From Convolutriloba macropyga (taxonomy: Eukaryota), in NCBI RefSeq assembly GCF_964194025.1, contig NW_027451295.1, positions 1 to 64,000 on the forward strand: 64,000 bases of DNA. Reading direction: 5' to 3'. Positions 1-11,964 of this stretch are shown in pieces; position 1 is the stretch's first letter; each line of letters begins with the position of its first letter. The notes beneath the pieces were generated by a model that did not search any database, had not been told where the DNA came from, and saw only the letters and a program-made list of their open reading frames with translations. The position numbers were made by a program, and so were the translations under genes.

Positions 1-810
1 TGAGGGCTCGCAGTGAGGATGCAGACCGGGGCTGTCTCCACACGAGCTCATGAAAATTCGAAAGACCGCTAGGGTACTCGTAGCACGTAGCGATATATAC
101 CCTCTAGTGATTGGTTCCCCATGTACCCTAGCCTAGGTGGACACAGGCCGGCCGCCATGCCACAAGAGCCGTGTACGTGTGCAGCAGCACCGATATTTTT
201 TCGTATGTATTATATCGTATATTCGTATTTTAGAATGTATCACGAAAACGAACGAAATAGTACTGTCACCTTGCTGCATCTGCCGGCGCGACGAAAAAAT
301 TATACCGACGTGGCGCCACACTGCTCGACATCAGCACAAAAAGCGCCTCTGACGGCATCTCCGTCACGCACCACCTGGGCCACATAGGCCTCACCTATCC
401 TCACGGCACACGCATGTCCTTGTCAGCATCTGTTCAGTCGACGCTGGACAGTGGGCGACGGGTTCGATCTTGCACGGCTCGCACGTCCAGCTTCGGCGGA
501 GGTTAGCCCAAAAACAGGACAGGTCCTTCCAGGTCAGATCTGAGGAGCAGTCGTTCAGGCAGGTAAATATGGAGTGATAACAACCCCTCACTTTCTCTGG
601 TTACATGGTTTGGCACTGGAGAACGGGCCATTTTCCCGATGCATGCCTTTGTTCCTCCGGCCAGCAGTGTCAAGGCCAGTGCAATGCCCCTTCCTTCCTC
701 TCTCCGTCTACTGCACGCTCTCCCCTCCGGCTCACCAACACGCTCTCCCCTCCGGCTCACCAACCGCCTGCATGGCAGGTCTGTAGGAAGGTGCCAATCG
801 CCAACACAGT

Positions 811-2053
811 ATGGAGATCTACGGCAACAAGCAGACCTTCAACTTTGAGGCGGTGCTGCACAAGAACATTGTGAACTCGGTACGTTCTCAGGACCTGTGT
901 CCAGGCTGTGGCCACAACACCGCCTTCACACGCGCCAGCCTGTGCCCGCATCCTGCAGCCGTACTTGCCGCATCATGTCCACACCACATTCCAGGCAGCC
1001 AATAGGACTTCCTGGCGCAAATTACTGCACTCTGCTTGTCACCTGTCGCCTCTACTCTTCTTACTGCTATACGCTCAGGCATCTGAGGCAAAAGGGAAAC
1101 GCATCACCTCACGGGGGTCACACAGGAGTGTTTGCCTGTCAGTTCAAGCTTAAAGCCATTCCTGGGCCCGTGCAGGACTACTACCGCTCTATCTCAACCT
1201 ACGAAACGTGGTCTGAGGTGATAGACGAGATCTATGAGTCTGTGGAGTCAGTGGAGCCATGGCTCACGGGCAATGCCCGCGGGCCGTCCACTGCGTTCTG
1301 CTGCCTGTACAAGCTCTGCAGCATGCAGTTGACCAGGAAGAACATCAGCGACACGCTCAGCCACCCAGACTCCCCTTTCATTCGAGCGGTACGGCCGATG
1401 TCACTCCTCCCTGTTCTCCTTCATCCAGAACGTCATGCATCACACTTTTGTCTTCGCGCTCGCACATACGACCTGCAGGCATTTCCATGGGTTTCACAGC
1501 ACGCTTTCATGCTCAGCTCAGCTCTCCCACGCTTCAGTGCTGGCCCTGCCCACCTGCAATGGTAGATCTCTTCCTTCCCGTCTTCCTGAATCTATCTGGC
1601 AGCATTATCACAACTCTCCCCGCCACTCCACTGTGCTGTCAGCGCATTTCTGGCTTCTGCTGTCGGTGTTCCTGCGAGCGCCAAAGCAGCTATACTGCCC
1701 CCCCCCCCCCCCCCCCTCTTTCACCTGCCTGCCTACCCACTTGTACGCCTGCAGCAGCCCCGCGCTGAGCCAGGCAAGGTGGCAGCAGAGAAGCGATTGC
1801 CACTGCCTTGGAAGTGAAAACAGCGAGAAAGAAAAGGCAGGTGTGGGGTGTTCACAGTGCACCGCGGCCTAGGCACAGCACATCTCTGTCAAGCTTTTCA
1901 CGCGCTTGCTGCTCAGCAGCCATGTCTTATCCACCTCTACGTATTTGCCCTGTGTTCAGGTGGGCTTCCTGTACCTGCGGTATGTCTGCGACCCCAAGCA
2001 GATCTGGAGCTGGGTGCAGCAGTACATTGACGATTCCGAGGTACCCCCGGCTC

Positions 2054-2084
<31 letters not shown>

Positions 2085-4255
2085 ATCTTAGCCCAGCCAG
2101 TCCCCCTTTCCAGCAAGCACAACCAGGACAGGCTGCGGTGCAAGGCAGACAGATGGGCGCATACAGTTTCAAGGCATCCGGGCTGGGTTGCTAACCAGAG
2201 GCGGGGCGATACAGGAAAACGCCTGTAAGATGGATAGTATCGTGATAGTCCGCCGACCACATGCCGCCACCCCAGCAGATACCTGGCGATGAAATCTTTT
2301 GATAGATAGCCGGTGGTGTGTGGCATGCTCATGCCGGAGTATCTGCAGAGTCTGGAGTTGTGGCATGTCGTACTTCACAGTGCGTTGCATGACACTCGCC
2401 GGCGTTCCCAGCTCGTCGGTACTCTCCTTGCGGTTAGACCGAGCCGACAAGTGGTGGCCGCATGAAGACCCACCCTTCCACCGAAGCCGCCAGAAAGTTC
2501 TCCGTCCAACGATTTGCCTTTGTCATGTCTGGTGTGAAAACCGGTTCTAGGGTTGCGATCTCGCAACAACCGGCAAAGACACAGCACACCAGAATACGCG
2601 AGCATTGAACACCTAGTAAGAGTTCCATGTGCTGGAGACGTGTGTTATCTCTTGCTTCTGGATGGCAAGGGGAGCAGATGGGCTCTGTAGGTCTAGCAAC
2701 TCGTGAAGTTCTGAACCTGCTCATGCACCAGCTTAGTGTCTCTGCACATTTTGCCCCTCAGGAGTTTAAGCCCACCCCATACGGAGACACAGTGACCATC
2801 GGAGCGTACGTGCGGGATCTTATGCTGAGTCAGGTGTGACACACTGCACACTCCCAGGGTTTCGGCCCGGGGAAGAGTGTATGCGTTGTGGGCAGCGGGC
2901 AGAGGGAGGGGGGCTTACTGTGGGAGGACGTCTCTGGTGGATATCCAGCTGCATCTTGCCGCTTGGAGGAGCTGTGCTACACACCGGGAGAACAAGGAAC
3001 ACGAACAGCACACACCCCCACTCCATAGAGCTGGTGCCTCGAGCTTGGTGCCCTGCCGGGAGGAACTAGAGTTTGGCTGGCACAGAGTCTCCCCTCACTC
3101 CCTCCCTCCGTCCGTCCGTCTCTCTCTTGTCATTTTTATGATGTTTGCCTGTTCGGGACTGCAGTATTACTTCGAGACCATCTTCCCGCGCATTCCTGTC
3201 GTCGTGGAGAGGGCCGTCAAGGAGGAACCTTCAGAAGAGAGGGCTCCCTGCAAAGGCTGTGGGTAACGGCGGGACAGGTAAGCTTGAGGAGAAGAGGGCC
3301 ACTGTGTGAGTGTGTGCTGGTTGAGACTGCGGCAGGCAGCTCATTCATCGTCCGAGCCTCAGCCTGCATTCACTGTGGCGGCAGGGCTGGTCTCGGCAGC
3401 AGATGACACATTCATCAGTTGATGCAATATTTATGACTTGCGCGCAGGGGGCCTGATCGCCGAGGCACAGACGAGTCAAACAAACGCCCACCCTCAGTCA
3501 AAGCAGCTCTCAGGTGCCCCCCCCCCCCCCCCAACAGGGCACACACACATACCGCGATTGACACGCATGCGCCTGGCCGCCTCTTACCCCTGCACTTGCC
3601 GCCGCACAACACAGAGCTGTTGCCGTGTCTCCTCTAGTGATGTCGGTCCCAACCCCATCCACCTGCCTCTGCACCTGTTCACCTTCATTGCTGTGGCTTT
3701 GCAGTGTGGCCTTCGGCCAGACAGCCCCGAACCGCCGTGGTACTCGGGAGAAGTACCGCACTGGTGATGAGGGAAAGCCCTCGGGTGCTGCCAAGAGGGA
3801 CAGCCAGGATAGGGGCCGCTCATCTAGCGTAGACCATGCCGGCCGTGGAAGGGACTCTCGGAACGACGACCGACGGGACTATGAAAGGGACCGCGACAGG
3901 CGGGACTACGACCGTCGTGACCGTCGGGACTACGACCGCCGCGACAGGGATAGGGATAGGCGGCGGAGCCGTAGCCGAAGCAGGAGCCGTGACAGAGGTC
4001 GGGACTACGGTGGAGAGCGGCGGCACTACCGTGACAGGGACCACCGAGACAGCCACCGCAGTGGGCGGGACTACCGCGATCGGGACAGAGACAGGGAGGA
4101 CAGAGACCGGCGCGGCAGGGACAGGGACGGTGGGGGACAGGGACGGTGGACGCGACTCGCGTGATGTCTTCCGCGAGTCTCGCGACGTCTTTCGCGATGG
4201 AGCTTCGGGCAAGGGCGGCGCTGACATTGACGATCTGAAAAAGAGGTATTTGTGA
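811..4255 (+). CDS. PRP38B: Pre-mRNA splicing factor PRP38 family (PRP38B/plant SRL1-like), multi-exon, with RD/RS-rich C-terminus
   Basis: GT-AG exons read by eye: 811-879 (MEIYGNKQTFNFEAVLHKNIVNS), 1176-1388 (DYY..EVIDEIY..VEPWLTGNARGPSTAFCCLYKL..HPDSPFIRA), 1960-2040 (VGFLYLRYVCDPK..), 2762-2833 (EFKPTPYG..YVRDLML), 3165-3277 (YYFETIFPRIP), 3448-3513 (RPPSVKAALS), 3705-~4250 (VAFGQTAPNR plus RD/RS repeats). The motifs match my recollection of PRP38B/SRL1. Three 1-bp frame disruptions occur (~3226, ~3448, ~4132); the 3' end is uncertain. Confidence 0.9.
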
Positions 4256-5818
4256 CCTCACGGCGTTGGAGGTTGGCCTTTCCAGCTCCCTGACTCCGTC
4301 TGCCTCCCTGGCAGCAAGCAGCCCTGTACCTGCATCATGGCAAGCTTGCAGAGAGACAGGACATCTTTGGCGTCACAGACATCACCTATAACCCAGGACT
4401 CGCCTGGCAGAGTGTTCAACGCATGCTTCAACCAACCGGCAGGATATCTGCTGCACTCAGCTTTGATCTTTGGCTGGGGCCCAGGCCCTCGTAGAAGACT
4501 GCCAGGGCTGCAGCCAGGGAAGAGTCACCTCTGGGATCCCCAGATGAATGTAGGGTATTTTGTGTTCCATGTTAGGAAGCTGCAGCACTACCCCCTGCTT
4601 ACAGGGGCCGCAAGGCCGCCCCCTTTGCGATCATGGTATTGCACGTGGCTGGGAGGAAACAAAAATGCTGGCCAGCCACGTGTTGACATGTAATGTTCTG
4701 CGCGCACCACAGCCTTGGGCATCTGTGATGCATCCTCCTCGCCCTGCCGGAGTGAGACATGCCAGTTTCAAGGCTCGCTGCGGTCCTGCATGTGTTGCTG
4801 GTGGCTGTGTGCTTCCATGTGTGCCACAGAGATAGAGCACTGACACATGCAGCGTGTGGATTCCCGTTCCGTCTGCCCCTGCATGGCAAGCGGCTGTTCT
4901 TTCGCCCTCCAATGGCTCATGCTGTCCAACGAGAGTGACTGCCCGCATCCAAAGAGCTCCACCAGTGCGCATAATTGACGCTGCACATTCTGCGGGGCAT
5001 CAGGGCTCGACGGAGTTCTGGCCATCCGTGCGGAAGAGGGCGGAGCTTCAGATGTCCAGCCTATGTTTCTACTGGCCCCCACCATGTGGGAACCAGCCCC
5101 TGGCATGAGCGGTGCCCATGGCCAGGTGCCGCTGCTGGGAATCCATGGTGTCCCTTCACACTGCACCTATCTGAAGGGAGTCGCAGAATGGGGCATGTTT
5201 ATGTGCGCATGTGTATGTGTGCGGGCCGGGGGGGGGGGAGAGGGGAGAGGGGGGGGAGGGGGGGTGACAATTACATGGGCATTACCTGGCGGCTAACATT
5301 TCGTGTGCAGTAGAGGGCCTGAAGCTCAGATCAGAGCCGCTGGCAACTTGGCCTTATTGCTTGGTACCGGCCACGAGACACCTTCTAGTTCCATGGTGCA
5401 ACAAACAGGAATACACATGGAGGCCAATGACAAGTGCACAGCTCATTGTCTAGATACACTATTGTCGTCCCCTCCCCCGACCCCCTCAAACACATACCTG
5501 CGTGTGACTCCAGGATTGCTGCAGTCCGCCATTTCCTGAGCCTACGTCAATTCCCCAAAATCCTGCAAAGAGTATCGCTACCTACGACCAAGTTTCCTGT
5601 AGAAAGCGGTCGATCAAGCTGCTGGTAGGAAGCGGTCCTATGGCGTGTACAACTTCCGCCTTGTACAGTAGTACAGACCGGGCATGTATGGAATAATTAA
5701 AACGCAGAAATCTTAAACGATCAAGAAACTGTTTGTCGTACAGACTACAGTGCTTGTAGCGATGCAGGAACCACGTTGGGAACCGGTAGGGTACTAGTAG
5801 TAGTGTCCATGCTTTCAC

Positions 5819-6220
5819 CTACACGTTGTGCCGCGGATAAGGGCGACGGACAAACGGACACATGCCACAGGCCGCGGTCCAAGGCCGTAACAGCCGGCCG
5901 GGAGCGTCCGTGACGGGTGACGATCCATCACGGTCAAAGCACGCTGCGTGGGTTGCGGTGCAAGCACTTGCGTTCCCTCGCAGCTCCTTCGCCCTGCGCG
6001 CTAGGGGCTGCATTCCAAACTCGTACAGGGCTGTGCGTTCTCGCTTCAAGTCAACAATTGTGTTCGATCGATCCCAGAACCATCGAAGAAGCGATCGCAA
6101 AGGTGCGGCCGCTAGGCACGTAGCTAGCTCGCCAAGTTCTGAACAACGCCTTGGCCTCAGGCCCTCGGTCTGCCCGGCGTTTGTCCCTTGTGCCCGTCCC
6201 TGTCCGCGGAAGGACATGTA
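5819..6220. mobile_element. Possible MITE within the copy-1-specific insertion
   Basis: Imperfect inverted ends CTACACGTTGTGCCGCGGA / TCCGCGGAAGGACATGTAG; the segment is absent from the paralogous copy. Confidence 0.35.
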
Positions 6221-6662
6221 GTGTATACCGCGTATGCAAACGTGCCGGTTCCTACGTCAGTACCGGAGGGGTTCCTACTTTTGAAAAAGGGTGATGGTGC
6301 AGAAATTACTCACGCTGATCTGCACGGCCAACTCAGCCAGAGCAGTCCCTCCTCAGCCGAACGCGATGCAGCCTCAACGCAGTGCATGTGCACATATATA
6401 CTTCAATTCATCGATTGGCCACTTCAAGATCGCACACTCAACGATCCCAAGGGCGCTTCAGCGCGGACGCCGGGGGCACAACCAACTTTGTTCCCTTACA
6501 GCTGCTCCGCCCAGGCTGAGCTCAGGAAAAATGGGACCTGGATCCTGAACCTATTCAAGCAATGAAGCCTATCATTCAAACCGCCAAGGAGGCAGCGACA
6601 CCACACAAGGCCAGCAAAGTATAGTGGCTGAAAGAGCCTGCATCAGGCCGAATTCGCGATCT

Positions 6663-6986
6663 CTAGCGGCCCGCCGCCACGCACTTCAACTCCACCTGCA
6701 CGTAGCCTGGCTCACAGTCGCAGTGGTCGTCGTGGGCAACGCCGTGTTCGCCGCAGTCAAATTCAGCGTGTTCGTCATCGTGGCCGTGGTCGTGCTCATG
6801 GTCGTGCTCCACGCACATCAGCGGGTCATCCGGGTCCTCGGCGTGCTCGAAGTGGTCGTCACAGATGCAGGCGGTCCCGTCGGTGTTCAGCGTCCCGTGG
6901 CCGCCGCAAACTCCGGCCTGCGCCGCAGGAAGGGCCACCCCCAAAAGGAGCAGGGCAACGATCAAGCATTTAGTCGATACAGCCAT
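6663..6986 (-). CDS. Secreted His-rich protein with two EGF-like Cys modules, truncated paralog (possible pseudogene)
   Basis: Signal peptide MAVSTKCLIVALLLLGVALPAAQA, then CGGHG..CICDDHF..C, a His/Asp/Glu linker and CGEHG..CDCEPGY..C. The remnant hydrophobic tail (TLLALCGVAASLAV*MIGFIA*) follows a premature TAG. Confidence 0.75.
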   Translation of the reverse strand: MAVSTKCLIVALLLLGVALPAAQAGVCGGHGTLNTDGTACICDDHFEHAEDPDDPLMCVEHDHEHDHGHDDEHAEFDCGEHGVAHDDHCDCEPGYVQVELKCVAAGR

Positions 6987-9276
6987 GATGCCTGAAGTAA
7001 GACCTCTCGATTCGTTGGAAGTGGAACGCGGAATCGCTGGCCTCCGATAGCGACGTATATGATTGTCTGTCCAGGCTCCAGCCGGTTCGATGGCTGAACG
7101 GTCGAATACAGTTTATAAAGTTCCGTGAATCTGCAGATCTACGAGTAGCAGGTAAATTGCAAGTTCCTGATTGTTATGCGTTGGGATCTGGCGCTTGTAA
7201 TCGAGTAGTACTAGTACTCGTACAACGAAGATAACGACAATTTGCAGTACACCCAGGTACACCGATTGAGTAGGTAGGTACGTACCAACAGTGGGTATCC
7301 ACTAATCACTATATCCAGAGTTTCCAGACTATCCTTTTAAAATAGACCTTACCTCTCGAGGGTACCCCACCTGCCTATCGACAGGAGCCACCCGCCGGAC
7401 GCGGCTGGGGTGACCAAAGCGCAAGTTGTACCTCTTGCACAAGAAACAACGTAATGGTAGTTTCATTTGTAATAGCTGGACCTAGCACATGAAAATATGG
7501 GAGAGATTCCGCCCCACAGTGCTGGGATATTCCTGGGAATTATCATGTATAATGTGCTTGTTAGTGGGTCCCTAAAATACGCAGTAGAAGCAAATTCTAG
7601 GAATGATGAATATTTTTACACCCCCCGCCGGGCAGGATATTCAAAAATTGAACGCATGCACTATGTAGGCACTAGCCAGGGCCTAGGCCGTAGCCCGTAG
7701 GGTATCCTCATTCCTCAATAGGTCAATCCTGTACCTCCGCGTACCATGTACCACGGACAGTACTGCACGATACGCCGTACCGTGTGCACCAGTTAGTAGT
7801 GATAGGTTGATTAGTGATTACAAGCCCGGGAGCAGCCTCACAGCTAGTCACTATCTAGAAATATGAAGTATCTATATCCGACAGACGTCTAGATCCGACA
7901 GCATCTATATCCGACATACGTCTCCTGTAGGCTGTACGGTACCCTGCCGTACCCCCTCCAAAAAACGTGCAGGCCGGGCAAGTGGCAACATGACTATTGT
8001 ACTGTACAGGCCGGCCGGGACACGGGCGACAGCCGCCGATGCATGGGCGACAGCTTGTACGAGTACGGGTACCTACCGAGCTACGGCCGCGATCACTTCT
8101 GACCTGTACGTCTCTTGGTTAGGTAGGTAGGCCGTAGGATAGGCCTACCCTACCTACATGTCTTACAAACCCTACAAATTTTACAAACCCTAGTAGGGCA
8201 CCGATAGTACTACCCACACTGTTGTACTGGTACAACCACTACATGGGTATACTACCACTAAGTAGGGTATACTACCTACCCTACTGGACCGTGGAGAGCA
8301 GACACATGCATTACGTGATACCAGGATTCCTACTGACTGGCTACTCGTAGAGGGTACTGGCTACTGTACTCGTACGAGTAGTGATACGGACCACGGTCCC
8401 ACGGTGCCCAACTCCTTCCGGGGGTTTAGAAAACGCGGGACGTGATAGCGTGCTCCATGTGATCCTCGCGGGGCCAGCCGCCAGCCAGCTTGCTATTTTC
8501 AATTTGGACTGGATCTATCTCCTAGGGTAGGGTACGGTAGGTACGGACTACGGTACCCTACCCACCTACCAGACAGGGCCTGTTGCGGGCTGCGGCCCTA
8601 AAAGTGTGCGGCTGCCCGGTCTGTGGCCCGGCCGGTCTTTTTCTAGCCCTGCCCCCGCCGCCTTTTCGCCCTGTTTTGCTTCTGTGTATGGAATTCTACC
8701 TATTGTACCCTACCTACCTACCTACCTACCTACCAGATTTCACTGTTGGCCTAATCTCAAAACTGTGTGATTGGTAGCGATATCTGACAGCCGGAATCGA
8801 ACCCCCACCCCCCACTCCACCCACCAATCCACTCCCTTGCTCCCGGCGTCCTGCACTGCCACCTCACCCAGAGTTCCCTGTGTTTCCATGATGTCTGGTC
8901 AGGTGCAGATGTGACCAGACATCAGGGACTTCTACCACAGCCTTGTGGGCGGGCTGCTGGCCGTAGGCATGGAGCCAGTGAACACCATGTGTTGCACACC
9001 TCGGGCCTAGCCTCAGGTATGAACCACCCGCGCACCCCCCCCCCCCCCCCCCCCCGCCCGCCCCCTCTGCCTCAGCTGATACCCCCCTCCCTCTCCTCCC
9101 CATGTCCCGAGCCCACCTTCAATGTCGCACTGACTACCAGTTGGCACAGGTGCCATTTCTTTTGTGCTCGTAGAGGCCTACGCCCCGCATGCCCCGCGAT
9201 TCCCTCCCCGCCAGATGTCCTGCCAAGCGTACCTCCACTCAACATCTGAACCACAGGTGGCCCCCCCTGTCTTCTG

Positions 9277-9828
9277 GGGCATCTGTGATGCATCCTCCTC
9301 GCCCTCCCTGAGAGAGACATGTCAGTATCATGGCTCGCTGCGGTCCTGCATCTGGTGCTGGGGGCTGTGTGCTGCCATGAGAGCCACAGAGATAGAGCAC
9401 AGACACAGGCAGCGTGTGGATTCCATTGCGACCCCATCACCTCTGCTCCTGCATGGCAAGCGGTTGCTCTTTCACCCTCCCGTGACAAATGGCTAACTGT
9501 CCAATTGGAGTGCCTGCCCGCATCCAAGAGCTCCACCAGATCGCGCAATTGAATTCGCACGTGCCTCTGCGGGGCATCAGGGCTCGACCGAACTCTGGCA
9601 ATCTTTACAGAAGAGGCCGGTGCTTCAGATGTCCATGAAAGCTACATGGCTGTTTTACAACCTTGCCAGGACACTGCTTCTACTGGCCACCGCCATGTGG
9701 GCACCAGCCCCTAGCATGACCGGTGCCCATGGCGAGGTGCTGCTGCTGGGAAGCCATGGTGTACCTGCACACTGCACTTATTTGAATGGAGTCGCAGGGT
9801 GGGGCATGTTTCTGTGGGCATGTATGTG

Positions 9829-9860
<32 letters not shown>

Positions 9861-11193
9861 AGGGGGTGACAATTATGTGGGCCATGGCGGCTAGCATTTC
9901 GCATGCAGTTGGCGGGCCTGAAGCTCAGATCTGAAGCGCCTTATTGCTCGGTGCCGGTCACGAGACCGGCACCGCTCTAGTTCCATGGTGCAACAACAGA
10001 ATTGGTGGCCACAGGAATACGCATGGAGGACAATGGCAAGTGCTCGGCTCAACGCCTAGATACATCTGCCCCTCCCCCTCCCCCCCCCTCTCTCTACACA
10101 CACACATTCGTGCGACTCCAGTAGTGCTGCAGTCCGCCATTTGGGTCCTACCCCACAATATTGCAAAGAGTACGACCAAGGGGCCGGCAGGGTGCGACGC
10201 CATGACAGCAGTCCTGTGGTTTGTACAGTCCGCCAAGTAGTACAGACCGTGCAGAAAGCGGTCTCCCGTGTCCGCACGGCCAACTCTACCAGACCAGTCC
10301 CCTTCCGTACGGAATGCGATGCAGTCTCAACGCAGTGAGTCTGTACATCGTTCAACGTAGACGGCAAGAGCCGACTCAACTCCCAGGGGTGCGCGAACGG
10401 CGGGCACGATTAACTTCGTTCCTTTACAGCTGACCCGCCCGTGCACGGGCCTGCGACAATCAGGAGGAAAAAAGTTCTTTCTAGATCCTAAACCCTAATC
10501 AAGCAAACATGGCGATCATGCAAACCACCAAAGAAGCAGCGACACCGTGCAGGGCCAGCAAAGTGGCTGAAGAGTCGGTAGGTTGGTTCGACTCCTCCGC
10601 CTTAGCCACGCAAGTCAAGTCCACCTCCTCGTAGCCAGGCTCACAGTCGCAGTGGCCGTCGTGGGCAGTGCCGTGCTCGCCGCAATCAACGCTGCCATCG
10701 TCAGCGTGGCCGTGCTCGCCGTCAGCATGCTCGTCAGCATGCTCGTCAGCATGCTCGTCAGCGTGCTCGTCTTCGTGGCCGGTCGCGTGGTCGTGCTCTA
10801 CGCACATCAGCGGGTCAGCGGGGTCCTCGGCGTGCTCAAAGTGGTCGTCGCAGATGCAGGCGGTCCCGTCGGCGTTCAGCGTCCCGTGGCCGCCGCAAAC
10901 AGCTCCGTCGGCATGGGAATCGGCCTGCGCCACGGGAAGGGCCACCGCCAGCAGGAGTAGGGCGGCGAACACGAATCTAGTGGAGACAGCCATTATGCCT
11001 GAAGTATGACCTCCCGCTATGCTGAAACCGGCACGAGCCTTACGACCTGTCACAGGCACCGAAGAAGGATCGACGCTTGTCTGCCCAGACAGTTCGGCGG
11101 CTGACGGTCAAGTAAGTTTCACGAGCGAAGTTGCAAGTTCCTGACGGAAGCGGGTTTGTGGCAGCACGTGTTGTACAGCGAAGATAGCGACAA
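9277..11193. repeat. Diverged segmental duplication, copy 2
   Basis: Collinear with 4717-7241. Confidence 0.8.
10499..10993 (-). CDS. Secreted/surface His-Asp-Glu-rich protein (164 aa) with two EGF-like modules and a C-terminal hydrophobic (GPI-signal-like) tail; candidate metal-binding protein
   Basis: ATG at 10993 aligns with the paralog start. Signal peptide, CGGHG..CICDDHF, (DEHA)x3 repeats, CGEHG..CDCEPGY, then spacer SNQPTDSSA and a hydrophobic tail. Confidence 0.85.
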   Translation of the reverse strand: MAVSTRFVFAALLLLAVALPVAQADSHADGAVCGGHGTLNADGTACICDDHFEHAEDPADPLMCVEHDHATGHEDEHADEHADEHADEHADGEHGHADDGSVDCGEHGTAHDGHCDCEPGYEEVDLTCVAKAEESNQPTDSSATLLALHGVAASLVVCMIAMFA

Positions 11194-11964
11194 CGTGCCG
11201 CGCCGGCCGCTCGCCACTCGCCAGTCGCCACTGACTGACGGACTGACTGATCACGTGATGAAGTGTCAGACGACACACAGATATATATAATATGGAACTT
11301 GGGCAGTTGCACTGCGCGAAGCTGTTCGGTTTTGGGTACAGTACCTCTCTACCCTAGTGTAGTAGACTACTCCTACTAGTACTGTAGGTACTACCTACTC
11401 CTACAGTACAGTAGTCTCCTACTCCTACTAGTACCTCTAGTGTAATTACTACTCCTACTAGTACTCCTACCTACTCCTACTCGTTCCATATACGAGTATA
11501 TCCTTCCATATTGATTGGTACACGGTAGGTACCTGTAGGTACCCGGAGTAGGTACTCGTAGGTACCAGTAGTTAGGGCAGGAGCAGTAATGAGTAGGTAC
11601 CTACCAGTACCTACTCATAGTACCTACTCGCTGAAATTACTCTAGTACTTTTACTACTATTAGTAGTACCTACTCCTAGTACCTACTAGCGTCCTGGATC
11701 TAACGGCTCTCGCACATCGTGCAATTGATCGGACGGCTCCTGAATTTTGCACCAATCTTGTTTGAAAATCTTGCGGCCTGTGTAGTTCTGGACTCGAATC
11801 TGACGGCATACATTAATTAGATTTTTAATCGTGCGGCCAGAACAGTACGCAGTACGATCGGACGGCTCCTGAATTTTGGGCCATTACTATATCGCTAATC
11901 TCACGAGTACTCGTACGGAAACAGTTAAAAACGGAAAAGTGAACGTATATAGCATGTACTCGTA

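Larger units (their letters stand above)
4717..7241. repeat. Diverged segmental duplication, copy 1 (partner 9277-11193)
   Basis: Collinear matches from GGGCATCTGTGATGCATCCTCCTCGCCCT (4717/9277) to GTACA(A/G)CGAAGATA(A/G)CGACAA (~7220/~11173). Copy 1 has about 0.6 kb of extra sequence at ~5680-6315. Confidence 0.8.

Noticed and set aside
445-485. GGGTTCGATC B-box-like motif suggesting a tRNA
   Set aside because: No cloverleaf could be built around it.
7200-8600. GTAC clusters as CRR1/SBP copper-response elements upstream of the His-rich gene
   Set aside because: GTAC-rich low-complexity sequence is equally common in unrelated repeats across the window, so no specific enrichment can be claimed.
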